Shown: one piece after another, positions 1 through 12,282 of the stretch | Layout of the letters: each line of letters begins with the position of its first letter | Numbering within the stretch: the first letter of the stretch is position 1 | Assembly: GCF_001194135.2 (NCBI RefSeq) | Contig: NC_068984.1 | Location: 36,361,917 to 36,425,916 of the forward strand | DNA from: Octopus bimaculoides | Taxonomy: Eukaryota | Length of the DNA stretch: 64,000 nucleotides | Direction: 5' to 3' | Made by a program: the position numbers and the translations under genes | The notes under the pieces: model-generated | What the model saw: the letters and a program-made list of their open reading frames with translations, nothing else | Told to the model about the DNA's origin: nothing | Database searches by the model: none

Positions 1-1
1 T

Positions 2-355
2 ATTGTCATAGGTGCCCTGGGAATGACAGCGAAACGGGCTGATTACTACCTTGCTCAGATACCAGGAAACCCCAAAATGGCTGAATTTCAAAAGATAGTG
101 CTCATGGGAACTGCTCATATCCTACGTAAAATACTGTCTATGTGATCTCAAATTTTAAAACAAACACATAATTTTCTTATGGTTTCTTAAACATTATCTA
201 GAACAACTCTATGTACAAATCGAAATATATGGTACCCTAGGCATAACACCTACATGAACTTCTAACTTGTTGTCTCTTGAGGTCTCTGGGTGAGACTTGG
301 ATCCAACTTGTACAAATGCAAAGCAAAAGTCAACCATAAAATAATAATAATAATA
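2..355 (+). mobile_element. 3' end of an R4/Dong-clade (RLE) non-LTR retrotransposon: ORF C-terminus, 3' UTR and TAA tail
   Basis: Frame 2..145 reads IVIGALGMTAKRADYYLAQIPGNPKMAEFQKIVLMGTAHILRKILSM*, matching the VIGALG...QK..L.GT..ILRK terminus of R4/Dong ORFs. The UTR ends in (TAA)n at about 340-355. Confidence 0.85.
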
Positions 356-460
356 TTGATGCAGTACCAGACACTGACACCAATGACTTCTCGTCTTAAC
401 TTACTGGAAGTGTTATAATGTACATTGCTTTGTCTTGGTATATAGGATGGGCTACAGAAA

Positions 461-671
461 ATTGTCGGAGCCCTGGTGAGTAAAAAGTTTGAGAAGTACA
501 TGGAACAAATAGAGGCTGCACTAAGGGCGGAGTACTTGCAGAAAATTGCACTGCTTGGAACTGCTCGAATACCTCGGAAGGTGCTCGAAAAATAAGGTGT
601 TACCTTAGTTCCTTGGTAGTGAACATCTTACATTGTAGTACATCTTCAGCGTTAGAAGCTGTACAAAGACA

Positions 672-672
<1 letters not shown>
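461..672 (+). mobile_element. Second, divergent R4/Dong-clade 3' fragment
   Basis: 461..595 reads IVGALVSKKFEKYMEQIEAALRAEYLQKIALLGTARIPRKVLEK*. It has a different 3' UTR from the first copy and runs into a long TAA array. Confidence 0.85.
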
Positions 673-758
<86 letters not shown>

Positions 759-843
759 GTAATAATAATAGTAATAATAATAGTAATAATAATAATAATG
801 ATAATGATAATAATAACAATAATAATAATAATAGTAATAATAA
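673..843 (+). repeat. (TAA)n microsatellite, tail or target of the R4/Dong element
   Basis: About 170 bp of TAA with TAG, TGA and CAA variants. Confidence 0.95.
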
Positions 844-1093
844 TTTTAATTTTAATTTATCTTCTTGAAATTCGGCTTCGTCATATTCTTTGAACTGTCA
901 AAAATAATTGACTGATTTAATACTTCAATATTAACCTTAAACAAATTAATAGTTTCTTATAGACATCAACAAAAACGAAAACATACAACGTATATGTAAA
1001 TGTTGAATTGGCAGTAGCAGAAGCATATAAATAAGAAGAGGGGATGTAGTTTAAGGAGAGGTGCATAAGTGAAAGGAGAAGTTGAATAAAATT

Positions 1094-1150
1094 GACGACG
1101 ATGATGATGATGATGATGATGACGACGACGACGACGACGATGACGACGAC
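1094..1150. repeat. (GAT)n(GAC)n trinucleotide microsatellite
   Basis: Direct read; it explains the poly-Asp and poly-His/Arg ORFs in the track. Confidence 0.95.
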
Positions 1151-2212
1151 AGCGCCAATGACGAGGTGGAGCAGGAGGACAAATTTGTAACATTATCAAC
1201 ATTAGCAATAGGAAAAAATGAGAGCGATTATTGTAGTATGAATTTTGTATCAACTACAATGAAAATGGATGATGCAAAACAACACAGGCATCACCAACGT
1301 TTTTGGCTTCCTTTCTAAACAAACAAATTTATTTCAACTTATAAATGACGTAAACGAAAATAGAAATTGATGAATATACCATATAAGTACTACTGTTTAT
1401 AATATGTCAAGAAAGAAGATAGAAATGCTTCCAGTGTCGTAAATCTATGCAAGTCCATGAAAGTGTTATGCGTTCTCTGTTCGTAGACACCATCAGAACA
1501 CAAAAGAAACAATATCTCTTCACTAAATATCATGTAAAACGTGTACACAATTGAAGTATCTAAATTCTTATAATGTAAATATATACAAACATATATGTTT
1601 TCGACAATGCTCGAATATTGAATCAAACAAAATGTGTCGTCAAAATATCTCGCATCCTTACGAAATTTTAAATTATGAAAGGAAAAAAAATAGAAGTCGT
1701 TGTCTCTTTATACAATATGGCAGCTGTCTAACTGAAAAAAGAAAAACGTAAAATTTCCTAGTACATCAGTATAAACATTTGAAACTGAATACAAATGTAT
1801 TTTTGTGCGGCATAACGTCCCTGCCCAAAACTGAGTTTCAAATCCCGCGAGTAACTGGCATTGTAATAATGCATGAAATACGCACGCACGTGTTGTGTGT
1901 GTGTCTGTGTTATCTGTGTCTGTGTATATATGTATGTGTGTGTACGTGTGTGCATCACTCTTTAAAAGCGGATATTTTGTCACATAATTCTTCAATATTT
2001 TACACGAGCGAAACTCTCGTACGACTTTCTCGTGCGTATAAGCACTTCATTATTGACATTGATAATGGCAGACAATCACTGCCAATTCCACTGCCATGAC
2101 TACCAGTTCACATGATTTCGATCTTCTTTCGCTTTTTCAATTGTAGATAACTGGTTGCTGGAAATAACAATAACTACTTCGCCAATGATATATATATAGA
2201 ATCACAGAGAAT

Positions 2213-2460
2213 CACTTGGCGGAATTTGAACTCAGTACCTAAGGACAGACGAAATATTGTTAAACATTTTGTCGGGCGTCTTAATATATCTGCCACCTCG
2301 CCGCCTTGTGTTATAAAAATATATTCTTTTCTACTGTAGGCACAAGGCCCGAAACGTTTGGGGAAGGGGGCCAGTCGATTAGATCGACTCCAGTACGCAA
2401 CTGGTACTTAATATATAGACCCCCGAATGGATAAAGAAGGCAAAGTAGACCTCCATGGAG
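2213..2460 (-). mobile_element. tRNA-headed SINE family A, two adjacent partial copies (head 2213-2306, tail 2327-2460)
   Basis: Reverse complement of the family A copy at 30775 (ggcggcgaggtggcaga...gagttcaaattccgcc; tail ...gggccttgtgcctacagtagaaaaaga). Confidence 0.8.
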
Positions 2461-2564
2461 ATTTATAAAAAAATATTATTAAGATTACAAACAGCGTGAA
2501 TCGTTAAAGGATCGGATTAATATTTCACTGTATTGTTTCATGATTTCTGTGCTCTGTGTTCAAC

Positions 2565-2695
2565 TCCTGTCATCCTTAGCGAAACAATTCAGCTCATAAG
2601 GTTCGATAAAATCAAGTTACAGTCAAGTACCGTAACCGATATATTCAACTAATCATCTCACCTCAAACTGCTGGCCTCCTGCCAAATTTAGAATG
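2565..2695 (+). mobile_element. Degenerate SINE family A body and tail
   Basis: Remnants gttcaactcctg...ggttcgataaaatcaag...ctgctggcctcctgccaaattt align loosely to family A. Confidence 0.5.
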
Positions 2696-3024
2696 CACCG
2701 ATATTATATCGTTGCCTTTGTGCCCACATTATAAAGCATTAATATTATAGAACTGCATTTGTGCCGAAAATAGTAACTATTATTTTTGTGACAATTGGCT
2801 TTCTATTTTCTTATCGTCATGATCATTGCAACAGCTATTTATTGTCAAAATATTTTCAGCTTTGTTTCCAATTTACTGCTAGCCGAGGCAATATTTTTAT
2901 AATAATTTTATTTCTATGCATTCTTGTTGCTATTTCAATTTCATTTTTAGTAATGTGACATCATCTAGCTAAATAATTATCATTTATTTGTATAGTACCA
3001 CTCTAACTCTCACTAACGGTCTCT

Positions 3025-3028
<4 letters not shown>

Positions 3029-3057
<29 letters not shown>

Positions 3058-3067
3058 NNNNNNNNNN

Positions 3068-3107
<40 letters not shown>

Positions 3108-3295
3108 CTCTCTTTCCCTTCTCTCTCTCTCTTTCTATTTCTTTCTCTCTCGTTCTCTTGAATAAGCAAAGCAGGGTGATTTCCTACGTTTTCTGAGTAC
3201 AGGTACATACACATTCATTGCGACTATGCGTGGATACGAAACTAAATACACCCTCACGACCATGCGCATACATTCATACACACATGCACATACGG

Positions 3296-3330
<35 letters not shown>

Positions 3331-3342
3331 CATATAAAATAT

Positions 3343-3388
<46 letters not shown>
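3029..3388. repeat. Compound (CT)n, (CA/TA)n and (AGAT)n microsatellite cluster
   Basis: Direct read; includes a short gap. Confidence 0.9.
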
Positions 3389-3389
<1 letters not shown>

Positions 3390-3397
3390 TCGTCGTC

Positions 3398-3445
3398 GTG
3401 GCACTCCGTCGATTACGATGACGAGGCTTCCAGTTGATCAGATGT
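3398..3445 (+). mobile_element. Short fragment of an RTE-related retroposon (ggcactccgtcg...acgatgacgagg...gttgatc)
   Basis: Resembles a cephalopod repeat recalled from memory; short and not verified by search. Confidence 0.35.
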
Positions 3446-3599
3446 ATGTATTCATACATCCACATCACTTATATATTAATGATGCGAGTAGGTACGCTCA
3501 GTAAGTGCTATGTCTGGTCGACTGTCAGGTTCCAAGATCACAGCTAAGGCTGGATCTAGGGATTCGTAATAGGGTTCCATTATAGCAGGTATATATTAT

Positions 3600-3880
3600 A
3601 TTATATTAGTGGAAAAGTCGAAAGCAAGGTAAAACGAGTATCTCCAGTCAGAATAATTTAATTAGGGTAAAGTGAATACCCAGTGCGTGGACCGCTTGTG
3701 TTATTCCAGAAACAGCTGTAAGGCTTCAGATTCACCTTACCCTAGTTAAATTATTCTAAATGACTTTGGATTCTCGTTCTGCTAGGTTTTTGATTTTCCG
3801 TCTCTGAGCGTCTTATTAATGATTTGCATGTACCACGTCCTCGCATGGTTGTTTGTTTCTTGTGTTGTTACTCCGTTTTT
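3600..3880 (+). mobile_element. Probable Penelope-like terminal repeat (pLTR) remnant with a long hairpin
   Basis: 28-bp stem 3650-3677/3730-3757 enclosing GAAACAGCTGTA (hammerhead stem III/cleavage-site-like), followed by ctgagcgtc...ccacgtcctcgc and a T-rich end, as in recalled PLE termini. Confidence 0.45.
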
Positions 3881-3911
3881 TTTTTGTTTTTTTCTTTTGG
3901 TGGGAGGATCT

Positions 3912-4015
3912 TTTTATTTGTTTCAGTAATTTGACTGCAGTCATGCTGGAGCACCGCCTTTAGTCGAACAAATCGACCCTAGGACTTATTCTTTGTAAGA
4001 TTAGTACTTATTCTA
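3912..4015 (-). mobile_element. SINE family B, 3' fragment
   Basis: tgactgcagtcatgctggagcaccgcctttagtcgaacaaatcgacc matches the family B copies at 19481 and 34135. Confidence 0.85.
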
Positions 4016-4829
4016 ACAAATTCGATCTACTAACCTTAAATTTTCTCTTTCTTTCCTCATGGCATTCTTCCCCTTTATTTTTCTCTGAATCTGTTTAAAT
4101 GCCGCAATATCTTTAATTATTTATATATTCAAATGACTCCAGCCTATATTCATAAAGACATTCCCCTTACCAAAATTTTTCCCCCTACTATTTCCTATCT
4201 TTTATTTATTTTTAGTATTTTTCTTTATAAATTTAGACATTTTCCCACTCCCATATATTATTTATTCACACATATGCTTTTCTTTTCTGTTCACTCACTC
4301 AATGCTTTCAACTCATTTTCGATCTCCTGCGAGTTAACCTTGACGATAATGTAACCTGTCCTTAACTAAAGTATCTTCGGCCTGAGGAGTAGCTAATGGA
4401 GTATGCCTAGTTGAGTATTCCCTCAATTTGGATTTTGTATCTAGTTAAGTTGATTCACTGAATCTGCATTTTTTTTTTCTAAAGTAAAGAATTTGAACAT
4501 CGGTAATGTTGATTTAGTTTTCCACTCTTATTATTGCGAATCCATGATCTTGTGGAGGAAAATTGTGAGGAAAAAAATTACAGAGCTTTAAAAATCGAAA
4601 AAGAAAAGGAACTGTGTATTTTTAGCTAATAGTTAGGCAGCGGTGTCAACTTTAAGGTTGTACCGTGTGAAATTTATAGTTTTGCATCTGTGAAATGACC
4701 TATTTCTGGCTTACATTATGCGTATTTTAGTGTTATGTATGCTTGTCATGTACATCATTAATATATAAATGCATGTGGATATATGTATTCATATATAAGT
4801 TTATATGTTCATGCGAATCGATTTAACTA

Positions 4830-5255
4830 GATCCTACACACAAGATACACACACACGCAAAATACATACACACACATACACACACATACACACATTTGCA
4901 CACATTCACACATACACACACATGAAGGCACATATATACCCTCATACACACAAAACACATATAATATACATGCATTCACACGCATATACACACACATACA
5001 CACATTCATATATACACACATATGAACGCACGAATATACACCCACACGCATAACACACATAAACAACACACATATATGCCCACACATAAACGTACAAACG
5101 CACATGCACACACACGCACACATACACGCACGCACATACATACGAACGCACATATACCTCCTCACACGCAACACCCACACATACATGCACGCATACACAC
5201 ATTTACTTACATGCACGCACGCACACGCACACACGCGCGCACACGTTTGGCACAG
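4830..5255. repeat. Degenerate (CA)/(CATA)/(CGCA) low-complexity tract
   Basis: Direct read; source of the HT- and CV-rich pseudo-ORFs. Confidence 0.9.
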
Positions 5256-6599
5256 ACGCAGGTGAAGTGAAAAACAACACAACGTGCGGTGGTCATGTTA
5301 ACACGCTGTTAATGTCTTGCTGTCTGTTGACTGGCTAAAATTACCCAAATTTCCCAAGTAACATCAGATTCTTTAATTTACAAGATAAAATAATTGACTG
5401 ATCGTAATCAAAATTCAGAATTGCATCGTTACACCAAAATTGCAAGCAATCTGAGCAAAATTCAAGAGCGCTGATTTTGTGAATCAATTTAACTAGATCG
5501 TGTATTTTTACTCGCATACACAGCAACCCGACTTGATAACCATGCAATATAAAATAACTTTTTTCAGCTTTTCGATTTTGATGTTGGAGAAATTTACAAC
5601 ATTCTACGTCAATAAACACCTTGTACAAACTGCTCGATGCTTATGAAATTCCCACACATGCATCCTTGGATGTTATCTTTGTATATATATATATAAATAT
5701 ATATATANNNNNNNNNNNNNNNNNNNNNNNNNNNNNNNNNNNNNNNNNNNNNNNNNNNNNNNNNNNNNNNNNNNNNNNNNNNNNNNNNNNNNNNNNNNNN
5801 NNNNNNNNNNNNNNNNNNNNNNNNNNNNNNNNNNNNNNNNNNNNNNNNNNNNNNNNNNNNNNNNNNNNNNNNNNNNNNNNNNNNNNNNNNNNNNNNNNNN
5901 NNNNNNNNNNNNNNNNNNNNNNNNNNNNNNNNNNNNNNNNNNNNNNNNNNNNNNNNNNNNNNNNNNNNNNNNNNNNNNNNNNNNNNNNNNNNNNNNNNNN
6001 NNNNNNNNNNNNNNNNNNNNNNNNNNNNNNNNNNNNNNNNNNNNNNNNNNNNNNNNAAATAATAAATAAAAAATATACCATATAGTATAACATTTTTACA
6101 AAATTTTTATACACGAATTATTGTTTCAACCGATAACATTGAGTTAAAGGTATAATACAATACACGTAAATATCATTTCATAGAAGTTAAAAAAGTTAAA
6201 ATTAATACGAATAAAAATTTCAAATATATAATATAATAATATAATATAATATAAGTCGATATAGAAAAAAGTAAAATAAAATGAAAAAATGAAGTACCAT
6301 AAAGTAGTCTATCGGTTGAAAATCAGGCACAGAAGTGATTTAACACCATTTAGAATTAACGTTCAAAGTTTTTCAACTCTCTCGGGCACATTTCGCAACT
6401 CAGAACCAGTAGACACCAAAAGGCAAGTCCGCACCATTTCGGCACACACAAGAGAGAACAACAGGCACCCATCAGCTATCAGCAGGCAAAACATGTAAGG
6501 TTCAATTCCGCTCATATTCACAACACATGAGTTAAACACAATTACAGCACACCGCAGATATGAAACAGTAAAAAGAATTTCACGAAACCCCATACAATT

Positions 6600-6630
6600 C
6601 CTATGGCCATTTCGGAGGTACACCACTGTA
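6600..6630 (-). mobile_element. Possible pogo/Tigger-type terminal inverted repeat
   Basis: Reverse complement reads TA-CAGTGGTGTACCTCCG, resembling pogo-like TIR starts; no partner TIR found. Confidence 0.3.
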
Positions 6631-6759
6631 TTTCAAATAGTTTCAGTACTAATTGTTTCACTATGTATAGTGTTTATGCATAGTGAATGTATTAATGTAT
6701 GACACTGTTCCGAGCTCGCATTACGCAAGAAGGTTAAATGGTTTTTAGCCCATTACACT

Positions 6760-6882
6760 GCATGGATCCTATGTAAAGCATGTGTAAAATTTGAATGCAA
6801 TCGGTAGTGTAGTCTTCGCGTTTATTGATGCGCAGGAACAAACAGATAGACACACATTCTCAGATTTATATATATAGATATA
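6760..6882 (+). mobile_element. Possible end of a Helitron/Helentron-associated non-autonomous element
   Basis: tgtaaaattttgaatgcaatcggt...acagatagacacacattctcagatttatatatatagata resembles recalled HINE/DINE-type termini; inference only. Confidence 0.35.
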
Positions 6883-7805
6883 TATATGTATGCATGTATA
6901 TACACGCTTATATACATATATANNNNNNNNNNATATATATATTCATACATATATGCGTATATCTATATACACGCTTATATACATAGATACAAACACGCAC
7001 GCGCATATATATTTGTGTGTGTGTGCACGTGGGAACACTTATGTATGTATGTCTCGCATTGTGCATGAGGATGCTTTTAATTTACAACGATATGGAGAGA
7101 TAGGAGCAAGGTTAAATGTATAGATTATTGTACAAAACCACGTGTTATGTTGGAAACACCATTAGCTCAATTAAAAATTTGCATGAAAATTCACGAGAAT
7201 TTTATGATATAGCATTCCATTAAATATATTGCTTCATTTTATTATCATCCTAAATTTGAAGTAAAACAAAAGAGTACAATATTTGAAAGTGTTAATAATT
7301 TGTTGAAAATAAATATTGTAGTTGATTGCATAACACATTTTCATATCAAAATTTTCAAAAAACTTGTGCTAAGTATAAAATACTAAATGCAGTAAAAGTA
7401 TAAGACTTTATATANNNNNNNNNNNNNNNNNNNNNNNNNNNNNNNNNNNNNNNNNNNNNNNNNNNNNNNNNNNNNNNNNNNNNNNNNNNNNNNNNNNNNN
7501 NNNNNNNNNNNNNNNNNNNNNNNNNNNNNNNNNNNNNNNNNNNNNNNNNATATATACATGGTCACTTTAAAAGGAAATGTATGGTGGATATTGTGATCAA
7601 TTAATCACTTATCTATTGCAAAAAATTGCTTCCATATCATAAAGAAATATATTCCGATATAAATATCAAAATTAAATTTAATCTATTCAATTTTGATTTA
7701 AATTATTAAACAGAGAGGTTGAAGACACATTTATGAAAATGTGTGTAGTTATTGTTACTGATGCGGCTTGCTTTTACAGACATATTGCCAAAGCCATTCC
7801 AGGCT

Positions 7806-7837
<32 letters not shown>

Positions 7838-8552
7838 CATATATATATATACATATATATATATATACATATAAGAAATTAATTTTTTAAAAAAACGTAT
7901 AATAAATGATGTACATATAGGGTGCATAAATTACAATTTGATTACAGAACCATGCTGAACATTGGTCACTCTCTGTCAAATAGAAATTCAAACAGGAGTC
8001 ATGGTTCTTTAGATCATTCCACGCTTAGGCACCATGTACACATTACAAATAGAAGATTCCACAGAATATATTAGCTTTATACGTCATTCTATGAAAATAT
8101 TTAGAAATGAAAATTAAGAGAGATCTTGCTGTACATATGCCTTTCAATGCATGCATTCGAAAATATGGTTTGAGCTGGAGAATTGTAGAAAAATATATTA
8201 TGTAAATCACAACAAAATATCGTTTGCTTTCTACAAATGAAAACAAACTGATCCTGAAAACTATTAGGAAACAGGACTGTATGTCAATTTCTAATAAATA
8301 GTAAATGTACATCTGGCAGCAAGTTCAGATGAGGTAACTGAACCAGGTATGCTGTATTCATATCAGTCGGGGGCCACAAAATTTGAATGCAGATTTTATT
8401 TTAATATCTTAAAATATTTTTTCTTTTGCTCTATTTTTCATTATCTTTTTTTATATTTGAATTCTTTGTTCTCATCTTTTGTATTTCGCTTTTTCAACTA
8501 GGGTTCTATTCTCAAATTAAACATGATGTTCTCTATGTAGACCTTGCAGTTG

Positions 8553-8771
8553 TTCTTTTTTATACTCTAGGCACAAGGCCCAAAATGATTTTTGGGGATG
8601 GAGCTAGTCGATTAGATCGGCCCCAGTAGGTAACTGATACTTAATTTATCGACATCGAAAGGTTGAAAGGCAAAGTCGACCTAAACGCAATTTGAGCTCA
8701 AAACGTAAGGGCAGACGAAATACTGCTAAGCATTTTGTCCGGCGTGCTAACGTTTCTGCCAGCTGGCTGCC
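8553..8771 (-). mobile_element. SINE family A, near full length
   Basis: Colinear with the 30775-30989 copy on the opposite strand, including A/B-box-like head and tail. Confidence 0.9.
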
Positions 8772-11101
8772 TTCTTTTGAAAGACATATCAAAACTATAC
8801 TCAATGCAAATCAATATGTCAAATAGTCAAATAAGGAAATGGTTCATAGCTTTTGGTTTATATGCGAAAGATCGATACCACTATTGGAGTAAATAGAAAG
8901 ACAAGGTATTCCCAGAACGCTTGAAATCCAAATAGAGTTAACGGCTACCTTCTTTCACCGAAACACAAATCGACTTTTTCTGAAACACAGAAGATATCAG
9001 TCATACTTCACTGATGACAAGTACAAAGCACAAAGTGGGTATCTTTGATATTAACAGTAACAGTGACTGACAGGTTGCCTTTAACTTTATAAAATATAGA
9101 TCTTCTTATCATATTTATTATATCTGGTGCCCTTTTCATTGAGATATAAAACCTCCATCTTCATAATAAGCAAACCACGTATATATTTTTTTGTGTGCAC
9201 CTATGTGCGTTGGTATGCATACATACATACTATTACAATGTCGCATATACACGGACGTATAAATAAGTTGTGTTTGATAACTTCGAAAGTGTTAGTCAAA
9301 GTTACGTACAAAAACCTGCTTCTCATATATCAGTGTATATATCAGTGTATACTACATAGTTTTCATGGATGAATTACACTATCGACCTTGCTGTAAAGAG
9401 AGATAGCAAGGACATCAATAAGTTAAATACTGCTGACATAACTGAGTGGTAATTTACAATGAATAGAACAATGCTATCGCTTTATTTTTGATGACTGGAT
9501 TGACCCTGTTTTATTTTTATACCAGCTTCATGCTTATTTTAGAACTTTTGCAGCAAATGCGGTGTATTGCAGGAGGGAATAAAAGCAAAAGAATCGCCAT
9601 GTTAACTACACTGAGATGGGTTTAAATTATTTAAACTGAAGCAACGACATGACGAAAAATAAAGAGTTATATAAATGAAAATTCTATTTTGTATTTTCAT
9701 TAATAAAGAAGAGTGAGGAGCGAAACACCTGCAAAGATGTTCAGTTAATTTTAATTTCTTAGGTTATATAACTTTAGCGACTAAATTTCGAGCCATTTTT
9801 TAATATTCGTTTCACAGATTCGCATTTATCACACGTGTATGACCCGCAAAACAAATTCACACTTACTAGATAACTCTCTTTATTCATTTAACATAAATTT
9901 AATAAACATTTCATCTTCTCCTCTGGCTTTTCTTCAAAATTTAAACCTTAAATGAAAATATTTTTTCCTTTATTTTTTTATATTTTATCTTTTCAAACCG
10001 TATTGTATACTATATTGATATGAAACGACGGGATATAAATCAATAACAAATTATTATATGTCAAATATATGTGCAGTTTATCTTTCCTTTTCAAATATTT
10101 CCAAAGAACACTTTTTCATTGGCACATTTAGAGAACTAAAGAAATTATTTTATATATGTTTGGCATGAATAATTGCTCACCGTGATTTGCGACTTTCCAT
10201 TAAGAAATAATACAGGAAAAACTCAGTAAAGAATAGTTGGCTTCAAAATCATGAAGAATTTCGGAAAGCACGTTGCTTGGCATGAGGGCGTACAAAAAAT
10301 ATTGTATCGAATATATTTGATATATTTTTTTTATTATTCCCTGTGAATGGAAAATAATTTAAGATTTGACTGGAAAAGTGTAATGTGACAGATTAGAAAT
10401 ATTAGTTTTGCATATCAGTAGCCCATATATAATGGGTGGAATTAAATATACATAAATATCATGTGTATCTGTGTGTTTGCGCTTGTGTGTGATTAAATAG
10501 TTGTTTTGCGATTATGTGAATATAGAAACATATATGCCAATACAATGACTCATTCAATAATTGTTGATGTCATAAAGAAATGTGTACATGAACATAGAAA
10601 AACCTGCATACAAATATGTGTTCAATATGGCAGTAGTTTCTGCAGGTTGTGTGTGTCTGTGTGTGCGTGCGTGCGCGCGTGCGTGTGTGTGTGTAGATTG
10701 ATGGTACATACACAGACATATATATGCTTGTGCGTGGGTGTACGAGCTTGTGTGAGAATGTTCATATATACACCCTTTTTCGGATAAAAACAATTTCTTG
10801 TTGATAAGATTTATTGCTAGAAGGAATATGACAAAAATGTAACGTGAAAATTATTGTCACAGAAAAAAAAAAACATTGACCATAAAATAATTACAATATA
10901 AAAAGATTTAAAAGAAGGTGAGCGAAACAGAACTTGAATGATATTTGAGTTTTTTGCATAAAGTTGTCATTTTATACAACACAGAATTATGAGCAAAATA
11001 TGGTAACGACGATTTTAATTTTTAATTGAATATTGCAGAAAACACATGAAATATATATTTAAAAGAAAAGTAAATGAAACGCCATGACACTAGACAACTA
11101 C

Positions 11102-11536
11102 GACAGCGACCTTGCGGTAAACAGGAGAATTCACAAATGCATTACTACTCTTATTGACAATGGTTAATGCATTCTCCAGCTGTATTCTAGGTATGCAAAC
11201 ACAAGCTAAGATTTGGCACGTTCAGATACTGCATTTTCACAATTTTCACTCATCTGTCAGCAAACTTGCTGACGGACTATACTTTCTTCTCCACTTATCT
11301 TCCTCTCCAATTCGAACTTGAATTTATTCGCGAATAATGAACCAGAGAAGTAAAAAATTTAACTTTTTGACCAGATTCAATCTCTAAATGGGCTCGTCTG
11401 GTAAGCAGATGAGACCGATTAAATGAGACACAAGAGCTGCCGGTCAGAAGTCCGCAAATGAACAATGATTATAGGTTGAACGAGTGCATAGGGAACGGTA
11501 TATACATATATATATATTTATACACACACACACACA

Positions 11537-11590
<54 letters not shown>

Positions 11591-11827
11591 NNNNNNNNNN
11601 NNNNNNNNNNNNNNNNNNNNNNNNNNNNNNNNNNNNNNNNNNNNNATATATATATATATTTCCAAGGTTTCAAATTCGTATATTTAAAAGAGATAGAGAC
11701 TTAGAACTCGACAGATCCGTATTCCATATATTCAATTATTTACCATCCGATTTCAACATTTCTGTGCCCAAACCTATCCAGCGACTGATTATATTGGTAA
11801 CGGTTGCAACATCCTCTTGGAAAATTA

Positions 11828-11866
<39 letters not shown>

Positions 11867-11987
11867 GACTGCGACCTTGTGGAAAACAAGAGAATTGACA
11901 AATGCATTACAACTCTTAATGCCAATGGTTAATGCATTTCACCAGCTGTATTCTAGGTATGCAGACACAAACTAAGATTTGACACGT
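11102..11987 (+). repeat. About 120-bp direct repeat pair (11102-11221 and 11866-11987)
   Basis: Both copies read gac.gcgaccttg.gg.aaaca.gagaatt.acaaatgcattac.actctta.tg.caatggttaatgcatt...ccagctgtattctaggtatgca.acacaa.ctaagattt(g)gcacgt. Confidence 0.9.
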
Positions 11988-12077
11988 AATCGCAAAACAA
12001 CTATTTAACACACGGTTAGGATTGTTTTTTCCAACACAAAATATCTCTTACACATTATCTCTTCGCATAATGTTAAC

Positions 12078-12280
12078 CTGTTAAATATTGATACATTTAC
12101 TAATACTAACATTAATTTAGCTAATACTATCTATCCCCCTTGAAATATTAATAACAAGGTTATTGTATCTGAAGTCAATTACAACAGAATCAAGTTTATG
12201 TCAAGTAACTCCAAAATTAAAAATTCTATATACCAGTGTAAAATTACTTCTGGTAATGAAGTATTTTTTTTATATATAAA
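12078..12280 (+). mobile_element. Penelope-like element family P2 fragment (start of the GIY-YIG domain)
   Basis: Reads ...KNSIYQCKITSGNEVFFYI* and is about 90% identical by eye to 26869-27064, where it continues into a clear GIY-YIG C-terminus. Confidence 0.8.
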
Positions 12281-12282
12281 CT

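Noticed and set aside
966-1318. Poly-Asp and poly-His/Arg ORFs
   Set aside because: Entirely explained by the (GAT)/(GAC) microsatellite; the flanks have no protein-like content.
4378-4470. CTGAGGAG after a pyrimidine-rich tract, a possible further hammerhead
   Set aside because: No GAAA or stem III is recognisable downstream, so it is too degraded to call.
5341-5628. 95-aa minus-strand ORF
   Set aside because: No recognisable motif; probably antisense to an unclassified repeat.
5621-6114. Long ORFs spanning N-runs (also 13503, 22990, 28201, 33220, 34300, 44657, 62253)
   Set aside because: Artefacts of translating gaps and adjacent dinucleotide repeats.
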